From the NCBI GenBank assembly GCA_030704615.1, contig CM060734.1:7564001-7628000 (forward strand): a DNA stretch of 64,000 bases, in the 5' to 3' direction. The position numbers and the translations under genes were made by a program. Below, piece after piece: positions 12,345-25,581 of this stretch. Numbering within the stretch: position 1 is the stretch's first letter; each line of letters starts with the position of its first letter. Below the pieces are notes generated by a model. That model had not been told where the DNA came from. It did not search any database and saw nothing but the letters and a program-made list of their open reading frames with translations. This DNA comes from Takakia lepidozioides. Lineage: Eukaryota > Plantae > Bryophyta.

Positions 12345-13660
12345 CCTCTTCTACTGGGCATGTGAAGATGCTTTGTGAGGCAGGCAGACTAACAGAGGCT
12401 CTACAACTTTAAACCAACGAGGCATTTCAGCAGATTCAGATACGTCTGTCTGTCTCTTGCTTAAGTGCATCAAGATGAAAGGTCTAGAAGCTGGAAACAG
12501 GTGCACACTCACATTATCCAAAGTGGATTCATGCCAAATGTTTTTCTACTCAACACCCTTGTCAACATTTATGTTAAGTGTGGGAGCATCATGGATGCTC
12601 ACCAAGTTTTCACAGAGTGCCTCAACGATCTTTAATCACGTGGAATATAATGTTGGTAGGATTTACCAAGGATGGGTGTGGTAGGAATGCTTTGGAGACC
12701 TATGAGCAACTACTATGCAAAGGATGAAGCCCAACCACATCACGTTTGTTTGTGTTTGCAATGCGTGTGCAAGAATGGGAGCTCTGGAAAAGGGGAAAGA
12801 GGTCCATGGTGACATCGTCAAAGCTGGATTTGTATGAGATGTCATTCTGAACACTGCCCTGGTGGACATGTATGCCAAATGTGGGTGCATTAAGGATGCG
12901 AAGGAGTTTTCAACACTATGCCTGAACGAGATGTGGTGTCATGGAACGTGGGGGGAACGTGATGCTTGCAGGGTATGCACATCAGGGACAAGGTATGGAG
13001 GCTTTGGAGACCTATGATCAAATATTGATGGGGGAAGGGGTGAAGCCCAACCACATCACGTTGCAGCATACTGGTACTTCACAGCCATGGCGGGTCTCTC
13101 AGCCCCTCCATTTTTTTTCTTTTGTTAGAGCAGCAACTCTGCTATCTCCTTCCCCTTGCTTATGCCGATCGTTAAAGTGGAAATTGTACCAGTTGTCATT
13201 CTGAACTCTGCCCTGGTGGACATGTAAGCCAAATGTGGGTGCAACAAGCCTGATGCAAATGGAGAGTTCGACAATATGGCTGAACGACATGTCGTATTTT
13301 GGAGTGCCATGATTGCAAGGTATGGGATTAAGGCTTTGGAAACCTAAGAGCAAATGATGTGGGAAGGGATGAAGCCAGACCAGGTCATGTTTATTTGTGT
13401 TTGTAATATGCATATGTGAGCCTAGCAGCCCTGGGAAGGGGCAAAGAGATTCATGGTGACATTATCAAAGCTGGAATTGTACCAGATGTCATTCTGACAT
13501 TCCCCTGGTGTACATCTACGTCAAATGTGAGCCTGGCAGCTCTAAAAAGGGCACAAAGGTCCATGGTGACATCGTCAAATTTGGAGTTGTATCACTAGAT
13601 GTCACTCTAAACACTTCATTGGTGGATATGTATGTCAAGGCAGCCCTAGGAGTGGATGTC
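12345..13660 (+). pseudogene. PLS-class PPR protein pseudogene
   Basis: GHVKMLCEAGRLTEALQL*, NTLVNIYVKCGS, KPNHITFVCVCNACARMGALEKGKEVHGDIVKAGF, NTALVDMYAKCG motifs with many stops and frameshifts. Confidence 0.9.
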
Positions 13661-14122
13661 ACTTTGGGTGACATGGTAGCTGGCACCACCATTCTTTGGA
13701 ACTACAAGTTACTGGATTCATTCTCGGAATGATTTATGATGTTCATAGATCTCTTGACATGTCCACGATAGTGCTGGACCTAGCTGCACAACAGATTTTC
13801 TTTACTACTTCACTTGGGCAGTGATCTATGGATATGGCAACATGGCCCTCATGTTGGTCATCTGTAGAATGTGGCCAAAACTTGTTTTGCAAAACACTCT
13901 TGATATAAACCAGTTTTGAGCCATCCAAATGTTTTTGGTTCTGACCATGTATTTGTATTTTATGTTTTGTTGTATTTGTAATATATTTTCAATGCAGTGC
14001 AGCGAATCAAAAAATTTAAATACAAAACCCACTAATTCACATACGTATAGATATAAACTAAAAGTAAATAAAAAAAAATGAAAAAACGAAATAACAGTAA
14101 TAAATAAAAAGCCTCCCCAATT

Positions 14123-14185
14123 CATATATACATATATATATTATGTATATATATATGTATGTATTTTTATTATGTGTATATATAC
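14123..14185. repeat. Imperfect (AT)n microsatellite
   Basis: catatatacatatatatattatgtatatatatatgtatgt... Confidence 0.85.
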
Positions 14186-14672
14186 ACCCCCAGAGTGAAA
14201 CATATTTACTAAAATATGTCATCTTTTACTAATTCACAGTAGAATACTACACTATATAAAGTCAAGCAAACTCACTATCATTGATTCACAGTCAAATCGT
14301 AACTAAACATCATGGAACATAGTCAATATGTTCCACTTCAGTTAAATCACTTTACTACACATCATGCATCCACGTCACTCTGCCCTTAAGCCATTAACTA
14401 TAAGTCATGCATCCACGTCATAATGCACTTAAACCACTTTACTACACGTCATAGCCACGTCGCATCCACGTCATACTATGGTACAATCACTTTACTACAC
14501 GTCACCCCCTGGGTTTTACTGTCACATTTCATTGGCAGAACCTGGCACCTTGATGCGACTGCTTGACTGAATCGACTCGACACTTGTCACTCATGTTTGA
14601 CTCTGCAGGCTGGGAGTAAAAATGTCACAAACGACTCAAAAATGAGTCAAATACAGAGTTGAAAAACCCACC

Positions 14673-17500
14673 TTGTATTATAGTGTTGGATCCCTTGCCA
14701 CCAGTATCCAGAGTCTGATCCACCTGAGCCTCACAGACTCTACGCCCCCGCACATTATTCTCATCCAAGAAACCAAACTAAACACTAACAACACCAATAG
14801 CTCCTATATTAACAAACTCCTGCCAACCTACTACCTCCTTTACGGGACCCCCATGACAGCCCCACAGTGTCTCCGTTGTCGCTCTGCCCTTTACTGTCCT
14901 ACTCGAGGTGGTGTGGCACTTGGCATTCTCCGCACCCATCACTCCCCCAGTACCACCACAAAAATTATACTACCCCTCCCTCTCCGATCTCGCCTTCAAA
15001 TTGTCCAGCTGCACCTCCCTGCACTTACCCCCATCACCCTCATTCACTTATATGTGCCATCCCACACTAAAGACCTATATTGGACACAATCTCTAACACA
15101 GTCACGCACCCCGCGCAACAACACCATCACTACATACTAGCGGGCAGGAGACTTCAACCGTGATATTGCTCTACTGGGTCACACATACAACGGGGTCCAC
15201 AAATCCCCTTCCTCCCTTGACCAAGACTAGGCCCGCTTCATACATAACCATCATTTTAGATACATACCTTCAGACCACCACTATTCGAGGCAAGGAGGCC
15301 TCAACTACTCATCTCTAAGCCTTATAGATGGTTTCTATCTCAAGTCACCTGGAGAAATACCCGCATATCGCACAAGCCATATCCATATCGATAGCATCTG
15401 CAACTCGGACCATTACCCAATATTTGTCTGTCTCCCTCCATCTCTCATTCCTATCCGACACATCCCACCTATCCCGACCCATGACCCACAACCCACAACC
15501 CCGTATCCTCTTACCCTTACCTCAACACAATATCACCGCATTTCTAAAACACTTTCAACCTCATGCATCACTCCTTACCCAAAAACTCTCCTACACCCTT
15601 TCCGACACAAATATGATGCAATCCTTTGAGTCTACCTGGATCGAAGCCGAGCGCACCCTTACAACCGTCCTCCAAGAAATGACCAAAAGCGTGTTGGCAA
15701 CATGTTCGGCCCCCCAGGACCTCCCCCAGACCACCCGATCCAAACAGAATGGTGGATACCTTACCCGCTCACAAAAACGTGCCTGGACCTCTCACCTTAC
15801 CCATCATACCATATGTCGTGCCCGTACTATCATCCCCAATTCCCCATCCAACAGTCACTACACAGAATGGAGACGTGACCCCCGCATTACTTGCCTAAAC
15901 TCTCTTCCTATATGCCAAGCCCTCCTGCCCCCTCCTGTGGATCACAACACCATGCCAAATTGGGGTGCTGCCCTTGCCAAACTAGGAAGGGACGCAAAAA
16001 AAGCCGCATATCTCATAACCAAACAAAAAGCTAGCGACAACCATAAGAAGTTTATCACCTCCTTTGGCTAGCTCCTGGTGCATGACCATCCCAAAAAAGC
16101 TCACAAAGCCATTTTTAACCCTACGCTCAACCCACCAGTTGACTGCCTTAAACATCGGCTGGGCCACTTCTTAACAAACCCCATTGATATTAATAAAGAA
16201 ATATGGATACAAGCATCCACTTCCTATACGCCCGCTATCACAAACTGCCTACACCCTGACCATCATCACCCAAACTGCATATGTAAAGTCAAACATTACC
16301 CATGGCATGACTTCGACGGATTCTCATTAGACAAACGTGGGGAACCCACGGACCGCATACATGACCTATTCACACTAGACCTCTATGACTCTTGCCTTAA
16401 AGGTCTATCCAAATCTAAAGCCCCCGGACCAGATATGATCCCTAATGCTATATTACAAGCGCTTGACCCCCATCTCCATACCCTCTTCTTCAAAATTTTC
16501 AAACTATTTTACCAACTCCAGCGTATCCCACCTACATGGAAACATAGTCGCACCATCCTACTCTTCAAGACAGGCGATCCCACTGACCTCGGTAACTACA
16601 GACCCATAGCCCTAGCTAACATTCTCTATAAATTGTTTACCAGCACACTAACCACGCTGCTATCCAACTACGGTGAACAACACCATATTCTGAGTGACCC
16701 CCAGGAGGGCTTTCGAGCCACGGGTAGCACAACCCGCCAAATTTACAATACGTCCTCTCAGCCCTCGAAGATGCCAAGCTCACTAAATAAGATGTTTATC
16801 TCTTGTATATAGACTTTAAAAATGCCTTCGGATCCTTAGATCATGCTAGATTACTTGCAATCATGACGGACCTCGGCTACCCCATCGATGCTATCCAACT
16901 CATTGGTCATATCTATACCAACAGCACTACGGAGTACTCCGGCTCATACTATGGTACTACCCCTCCTATTCCTATCCTTCGTGGTACCATACAGGGTGAC
17001 ACCCTCAGTCCATACCTATTTATTATCTTTTAGAACCACTACTAAGATGGTTAGCATGCGGAAATCTCGGCTAACACTATAAAATCTCCCCTAGCGAAAT
17101 CTCTCGCTGCCGCATACGCTGACGACCTAGCCATCCTCGCTTACAAACCCCGGCCAAGTCAACAAGTTATCACGCTTTAACCTATGGTCCGGCATGGAAC
17201 TTAGCCTCCACAAGTGCGTCGTTACCGCAGCCACCCACCACAGTAAATTAACAAAAACTGCGATTGCCTCCCATTGTAAACTCTAACACAAACCGCTTCC
17301 ACCCCCGCTCCCCCCTCCCCCTCATGCTCACCTAGCACTCCCGCAACTCACCATGCCAACCCAGATAACCTAGACGCATACGTTATCGAAGTCATCCTAG
17401 GTATTAAAACCCAAACTTCTACAGACTCATATGGGGCCACATATGTTGATACATATTACCTTTGCCAATGGGCTGGCTTCACAGCCGATGATAACTGACG
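14673..17500 (+). mobile_element. Dualen/RandI-like non-LTR retrotransposon, 5' part (copy 2): APE, RT, internal deletion, chromodomain
   Basis: APE IILIQETKL, RGGVA, AGDFN, LIDGFY, NSDHYP; RT KAPGPD, NYRPIAL, QEGFR, YIDFKNAF, RGTIQGDTLSP..EPLLRWL, AYADDL (~17113). 17376-17495 (AYVIEVILGIKTQT..YYLCQWAGFTADDN) is homologous to the copy-1 chromodomain. Confidence 0.88.
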
Positions 17501-18379
17501 TGGTCATACGGCATTCCTTCGTGTACCAAATGCCCCACAAATCAAAGGTGAAAGCATCTAAGAATAATTTTAAAGGATCTAAGAATCTATTAGAGATATT
17601 TGCTGAACAAGTGGGATGAAGACATTGACATTTGGTACGCATACCATTTGCCCACAAAATGAACTCTCGACAAATCATCTATAACCACTAGCGGTTGATT
17701 TGTCGGGGTCGTAGATGATTTGTCGAGGGTTGTAGATGATAGTAGAATTGTCGGGCATTTGGTATTCCATACCACCACTAGTGTCAGGCCCTTTTGCACT
17801 ACTCCTGTAGTGAGGAGAGAGAGGGCCCATCACCAACATTTCCCATTGCTGTAGCATGGTAATTTAATGGGGAAATTGCCTCAAAGTGAAAATGATGTGA
17901 ATGGACTTTCTTTGCAGATTCACATACACTACTGACCATAGTATTTCTGCAGTTCATGCCAACGGCAAAGTCACCAATGGCTTAGTACAAAATCCAGATG
18001 AAAGTGAGAAGTGTCAAAAGAACCTGCCCCGATCAGCCTGACAAGACCAATTCAGGCATGGCTTCTAGTTACTAACACACTGAAAGACTCGCTCATTCAG
18101 ATCTCACACACTGAGATTCAGATTCTGATCTGTGAATTCTGGTTGGATGCTTGTGAATTTAATGAGTACAGAGACAGTGTTTACTGTTTAGTATTCTTGG
18201 AAATTGCCAATTGTATCTCATCCTCTAGCCTCTACCTCCTCTAGCAGTTCCAGTGAAACCCAGAACCCAGAAATGTATGAAAGTTGACATGCAGAAGAAC
18301 CTTTCAAAGTGTGCTGGTTCAAAAAGATTCTCCACAGTGCTACATAATGTGTTGGCTTCTGACTGTTGTGACACATGAC

Positions 18380-19020
18380 CTTCCTCTGGGTCCTCTCGAT
18401 GCGGCATACGCGAGCCTCTGCATACAGTTTTCCTGGCCTGCAGAAGTAACTTTTGTCTGGAGCACAGTGTCTATCTTCCGAGCAAATACACAAGCCCTCT
18501 ACAGCACAAAAATCTTTGACAGTCGACACGCCTCGTGCTCCCGGTTTCTGAATTCCAAAGGTGTGGGAGGGCGAGCCCATAAGTCGCAAGTCTGTCAATC
18601 AAGTCTCTCAACTGCACGCCGCTATCCACGGCGACAGTTAAAGCTTCTTTATCTACAATAATGTTGGACGCATAATCACGCGTACTAATGAGAAGTCCTT
18701 CATCTCCACCTGGGCATACAAGCTTGGGGATACTATGGCACCGCCTTACTAGCGACTTTGATCTTTCGGTTGGATTTCACTGCACCTGCAACCGCTGCTA
18801 TCAGCTCTTCTTCGGTGGTGGGATACACCATTTCTGCCATCTTGCAGGGGACTCTATCTGTCCATAGCCTATATGTGCTGGAGACGGTACACCCCGATGC
18901 ATCGCAGACCTCGGGGGCAATCGAACTGCCATGAATGCCACTGATCAAATTCCGGATTGCTAACAGGACTGCAAGAAGAAGAATCAGTCGGCTATGACTG
19001 CGATCGGTACCCCAACCCAT
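18380..19020 (-). pseudogene. L-gulonolactone oxidase-like (GulLO) pseudogene with a large internal deletion
   Basis: Signal peptide, then [45 protein letters not shown], joined out of frame to the family C-terminus [35 protein letters not shown]. Additional frameshift near 18740. Confidence 0.85.
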
Positions 19021-19978
19021 GCCATTTTATGCTGGAACTCAGTCTTCCTCACTTTCTTATATCCCACTCAAAAGACAGCTCTTCCCATTGAAGAGTTGGA
19101 ATGTTGATAAGCCTGCATCTTTCAAGTTGTAATCTATAACATGCGGGCAACCTCTAGAGTTCCTGCCCCGTCTGGGCCTGCCTACGGGCACGATATACTC
19201 TCTCAAGTCTGAACTGCACTTCCGAGAAGGAAAACTAGTCTCTAAGTCTCACAGGTCTTGAAGCTTCTCTTGTGCGAGATTGGGCAGGTGTAGGCCAGCA
19301 GATTGTACAAATTTGGCGTGCACATGAGAATTGGATATCACACAGCAGCGCAGCCTGCAAAGTGCTGTCAAGATCCGCATCTAGAATGAAAGTCCGGGTG
19401 ATTTGTTTTGTTCGAAAAAGTCAACCAAAAAGTTAGAGACTGACAAAATCAACACTGCCCCCCAAGGAGTTTTTTCTCCACTTGGTGTGATGGCGGAGAG
19501 CGATGGCGGACAGCCTGCCGCCAGAGTCGCCAGCCACTCCAACTTTACCCATGGCAGGTCGAAGCGTGACGTAGCAGCAGCGCACGCTGGTGGCCCCTCT
19601 CACTCCTCACTGTAACGGCATTCAGCGCGATGCTGGTGGGACCTCCTCTTCCAGGCAGGGCAGCCCTATGCGCAAGGATGATGGGCCCTCTTACAAAATA
19701 GCTAACTCCAACATCTACAGCTTACCCCATCAGAACATGGCCTTTCGACTTCACCTGGGAGCTCGGTTGCAGCTTGCCTAGAACTCTGGACATGATTACA
19801 ACACAAGCAATAGACGTCCAATGAAGACCTCACCTAAGGCTAAGCATAACTATGCATTATGGAAAAGGTGATTATCAAAAGAGAAGAGAGTGGTGTGTCC
19901 CATGACTACTGATGTATAACATGGTCAATTGATGTACCATGTAAGATAGATTTTGTACTTCCACAACAGTACACTATC

Positions 19979-22900
19979 TTAGATACTTAGTCTTACACCT
20001 GCCATCTGGTAGGTGAGCTCGCCTGTCTGTTTCTGATCCTTCCCCTTCTGTGAGGTTGCAAGAGTTTGCAATGTTGATTCAATTGCTTGGACAACTTCTG
20101 TGCTCTCAGACTTTTTGTCTTGATCCTCCAGAGATGGCACTTGTATATGCAATGAGACTTGAGAGTGAGGCGCATGTGTGTTTGAAAATTGTGCATTCTC
20201 TTTGACATAATTCCACAGCTCCACGTGGAACTTGTGGTAGGGTGAGAAACAATCCAAAGATTGGTCAGTGATGTCACTGACAGACTTGAATGACTTTAAC
20301 CGTCCGTCTGTCGAGCCACCTCTTGAAAACATTGGGAGTGTATCCCTGTCCATTACCTGAATGCATCACCCCCAACAACTTCAGTTTTAAAAGACTTTCT
20401 TGTCCACCTTCCCAACCCAACCCTGCATGTATTTCAATAAACACTTTCAAGGTGGGTCTCTGGGTCCAATGTACTCCTAGTTCACAGAAACCAGTTTGTG
20501 GCATTCTCCTTGAAGGGCTTCCATCATGGAAATCAATATCCATGACCAAGCAATGAGACCTACATACAGTAGCATGGTTGCTCTAGCAGCTCAGGATGGA
20601 CAGTTCATTGATGCAGTAGGAGGGTGTTTCTTGTCATAGGGAAGGGGTTTCCATCCCCAAAAGGGGTCATCTTTTGTTTCCTATTGTTCCCTGTTAGCTC
20701 TTACAGCTTGCCATGAGAATTAAGCTTTTTGGGCTTCCCCATAGCAGACATCACAACTAACTAATTCATTCCTGCAAGGCAGTCCACGACAATAATCCTT
20801 CCAAAATGATTTACAGATGCATACCCGAAGAAGCTCCTCCCTACCGTTGCCGTTCAGTACTTGCACTTTGCGCCTTGTCCTTTCTTGCAACATTGGCTTT
20901 ACAGCCTGCAAATCATAAACCAAGGTAGTAAATATAAAGTAACTGCATAATACAGGACCATCAGAGCCAAGCCCGAGTGACACCCTTCTCCATCACACCG
21001 CCACCGAGGAGCACAGTGGGCTTAGCAAGGGAAGACACAATGCAAGTGGAGATCAACTGCTGCAAGAAAAGAGGACTTAATACCTTCCAGCAGGCAGTGA
21101 ACGCGTAGGGTGCATTGACAATGTAGTAAACCGCAGTTTTCTCCGGATAGTTCAGATCATCAACTGTAGAAATGGCTGTCAATATCTGCTTCCAACCCAC
21201 ATTCGGAAATCACTGGTCAGTAGCATGATTTAACCACAAACGTCACAATTGTTGGTTAATGCATGGATTCCGTCAACAAAATTCCACCATTTGAAATAAG
21301 CTGAGGATGTACATAAAAGAAACATGTCCCGGCCAAGCGCTCACTGGAAGAAGGTAACATATGCTCATGAGGTTCAAATTCCATCCGGATGTTTGGGTTC
21401 TCTTAGTCAACACTTAAGATGATCATAAATGTGAGAGATTGCAGTATGGCAAACTGCTCCGGTACAAAGTTGTTGCTTTGAAATTGCAAATTGCTGTTGT
21501 AGGTTGAGTTTCAAAAGCCTGTACTGTGAGCAAACCATCCTCAGGGCAGGTGTTTCTTTCTATTAAAATTACAAACCTCACACTTCTTTCACTAGATTAC
21601 CTCCCTCCCATGTGTTCTAATCTGACTGCTTTGTGTGGTACTATCTGGGAACAATGCACCTTCACCTTATCATAGGCATTGGGAAGAGAATACAGCCTCC
21701 CTTCAACCTCTACCGCAACTGGAGCTGCTCAAAGGTGATTAGGTTCTGCAACATTGACCACGACACTTAAAAAAGGATGATTGGATTCGTCATGACTTAA
21801 AAATGATGCTCTTCAGATTGGGGCCACATGCCTGAGCCCTAGGTCAAAGCACCATGGCAGTCTATGCGGTTTATCTAAATGTTCAATATTCTACAGCATG
21901 TCAATCTCTTGATGTCTGTACCTTACGCTGGCTGAGAGCAGAAAGCCTGAGACCTGTCATATCAAGAATCTTCAAGCAAGTTCCCACGTAGTGCCCTTGC
22001 TTCTTGCTGACCTCAGGCTGTACAGCAAAAACATGCCACCAGCTTTCAATCAAGAACTTCCACCCCAAAAGTGCAGATACAAGACTGCAGTCTTAACAAG
22101 TCACTACCCAACCCATCCCACCTTTACTCCAAGCTAAGTTTTCATTATGGCAATTGATTGCGAACTTCAAGCAATACCCTGCAAACCTGCAATGTCCTAT
22201 CGAGAAAGCACCCAAGAGGCAGCCTATCAATGAGATTAGACATCCAGCCAGGATCCACAATTTACTGCTGTTGTTATTTTGAAGTAGGTGTACCTTACAC
22301 ACCAGAACAGAGAACGAGAGATGTGCTAGGTGCCCTTGAAAAAAATCTACTGTTATTAAGAACCCTACAGCAGACATCTTGCTTACACAAGTGTATCAAT
22401 GAAATGAAAACCTCCACTTATCACTAAAATCTGGAAGATTGGCATCAATGGAACTGCTAGATGATGAGATACGATTGACAACTTACAAGAATAACCCTGT
22501 CTCTGTACTCATTAATTTGTATATGTGACTGAACATATTTGTCAGCCTGCACAAGCATCCCACCAGATTTCAGATAGCAGAACAAGTTGAAAGGGCCAAT
22601 AGGCTAATGTGGAAGTCCCCTACCTCACCCACAAGGTAACACCACCATCTGCAATTCAGAAACCACTAATCCCCATATTGGTCTGCCTATCACCGAGTAC
22701 TTCAAAATTTGTTAACAACAAGCAAGCTTTCCTTACGTTTCACACCAAGAGCATTCAGTTTGCCACAAAAGGACCATGTTGCACTAACCTGGAAGCCCAG
22801 AGAAGGAAAGGATAAATTAAGGTCACAACTGCCCAACACCATATTAATTATAAGTAACAAAAATGGGGCCTAAACACAGATTTCGGCTCCAAAAAGAGCT

Positions 22901-25581
22901 GGTTGTGCTCAGATGATCACACAAAGCATTTCTTAAGGGCTACACTTTGCTACAAGAGGCACTGCCTTCATGGCATGAACATCCATTTGTTGAAAAGTTC
23001 TCGAGTCAGTTATTTACACTTACTGGTGCTTTATCATAGCCACTTTGTCCCACCCCCATTGCAAACACGGGTCGACCCTGCAAGTACCCACACCAGCACA
23101 ACCCCAGCACAGCGTAAGTGTGTGGTCTTTACCCTAATATGCACATTTAACTACTGGTATCTCTGTCTAATTAAGCATGATTCTTTTGAAGATAAATGTG
23201 AAACCTTCTGTGTGTAAGCATGCTGAACAACCTCAGTATCATATCTGCAAAATTGCGTTCAAATGTTAGATGATAGGCGAAAGTGCCATTTTCCACTTCT
23301 TGTGTCTCTTAACTCACAGATGCACTTGCAATCCAATCACTGTAGTCAACAACCATCTCCTTCACCTATGCTCGCTTCGGCAAATGTTCCACAGTAATGA
23401 AAAAAAAGTGGAAGGCCTTGCCTTTTTGCAGTAACCACACATGCCTATAAGCTGTGACTCCCGAATTGCGTTGATCAGTGTTATGGGTCTCTGTCAAGCA
23501 ATAGTACAATGGTATACTGTTACAACTACAAAACACCCCTCCTTCTCATTTTCCAATTAAATTGTATTGACTGCCTAGGAAGACATGAAGACAAAACATG
23601 TGTTTGACAGGCTTCACATTGGACTTGCTAAAGAGCACAAAATCATCAACAGAGAACAAATCCTGTCACCCCACACGAATACCCAAAACTATTGGACAAA
23701 AGTACTTTGCCTTCTGTTCAAGTGGTTGTTTAAGAGAATATTTAAAACCCAGTGCATTGTATGCCATAGGAGCTTCTTAAAGCTTGTGCATTGCCCTGCA
23801 TCAGTCTGAGATGAGCACTGTAAGAGTGCATATGTGTTAGTTCTCAACTTTAAGGGGTCCTTATCCCTCTTGACCCCATAGGAAACCATGGTGAGGTCCT
23901 CAAAGTGGATCTTGTGGCAATAAACAGATAATTACCTGAAGGACACTATCAATATCATTTTGAAGTCTCCAGGTTAGACAGTCAATTAACTGCACAAGAC
24001 AACGAGAAAACTCAAATCAAAGAATTTCATAATATCATTGAATTTGAACAACGCCATCAGAACATCTAACACAATAGGGGCAACCAAGCAACGCACTGAT
24101 ATCAGGCGTGGACTACTGGCAAAGGCCTTTATATTTCTACTGCAGCTTGATAAAGCAATGCATGAGGAGACCTTCACCATTTTGCTAGCCTTGGGAATAT
24201 TCCCTTCTCGTGCTTTGAGAAACCGAGCTAAAGTTGCCTGTGGATGCCCACCATGCATATTCTGCAGTAATAAAGTGTGAAAACAAAGTTTAGAATGTCT
24301 GTGAGGAAGTCCTCTACACAAGTAAGCAACCACTGACCTGGAAAGAACTCTATATGCTAATTACAACCATCATGCATCCCCCCCACAAACCCCTCCCCAT
24401 TGCATTCACGTTGAAAGACATCTTAAAATGCAGCAGAAAAAAGAAGGAGAATCAAAAATACATAACACATCTGACAATCAGCAAAAGAACACTGCACATG
24501 CAATGCAGCATATTGGGGGTTGCACAATGTGGATCCCAGTCCTAGTTACTGCCTTTACCTGGAAACTGCGCTGGAGAGAATCATCCACTGGAACATTTCA
24601 CGCATTCCACCATCAGAGACAGAAAGGGCCACAAAATTATCAGTTGAGTTGTCACTTTAAATGTTTGGATAGATGCCCAAAGAGGCATATATGCATGAAG
24701 GCCAAGTGTCACATGGTCAATTCAAGCCCATTGAAAAATTTATCGGGACAACTCAAGCCCGTCCAGCAAATGCATTCAAGGTTCTATGTGATGCATTGCA
24801 AGTCCACAATTTTGGATTTGCTCCTGCAACTTTCAAACGAAAATGAACATTGCAACATGCTCATATCTCACACACCGCATAGCCAGTAATAAATGGTGCG
24901 AATGGGATCAGCCTGATCTGTCAATACAGCACTAGATGAAATTCCCCTAAAAGATCTCACTGATCCCCTAATATTCGAGTTCAGAAATGTAAGCCTCTGA
25001 GGACTACTCAATAATGTGCTTGGCTGCAATATTTGGCAGGTCCAAAACAGTCCTTAACAGAATATTAACAGCTGAATTTGAAGAGACCAATACGTACAAA
25101 CAAGGTTGGAATCCAAAAACAGGTAAAATGATCATGCCAGCCTAATGGGCATGCAAGTCAGCAAATAATTTTCAGGAACCTGCAACTTTACTCTATATGT
25201 GGCAATAGCTACTGGAGAAGCTTTTGCATGGCCAAGCCTGACTGGCTAAAGAGACAGCTTCATACCTCATTTGAGGATTCAATCAGTATCTTCAACAAGT
25301 ATATGGTTCGGCAAGGCTGCAGATCTACGGAATACGAAGTTACCTCCTTCTTTAGGAAGGAACAATTCTCCAACAATTGATGAGAAAACAGGGGGTCAAC
25401 ATCAGTGATGAAAGTTGGTCATTATTACGTGGTGAGCCCCATGGGAGCAGTGCATATACACACAACACAGGACTGGCAGTATATAAGGAAACCTCAGGTC
25501 TCCTAGAAGATCCAGAAATCACTTACGTCCATCAACAATCTCTGCCATCTGCTTCCATGCTTCTTGCGTGCCGACCTCCAT
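19979..25581 (-). CDS. SEC14-like CRAL-TRIO phospholipid transfer protein (11 coding exons)
   Basis: Approximate exons: 25581-25527 (MEVGTQEAWKQMAEIVDG), 24587-24559, 24261-24178 (LARFLKAREGN), 23989-23936, 23490-23422, 23077-23024, 22546-22487 (YVQSHIQINEYRD), 22017-21922 (ILDMTGL), 21185-21084 (DDLNYPEK..VNAPY), 20905-20825, 20356-19979. Splice phases are consistent. Confidence 0.9.

Noticed and set aside
17666-17745. 16-bp inverted repeat with short tandem copies
   Set aside because: Too short and without defined ends; probably TE debris.
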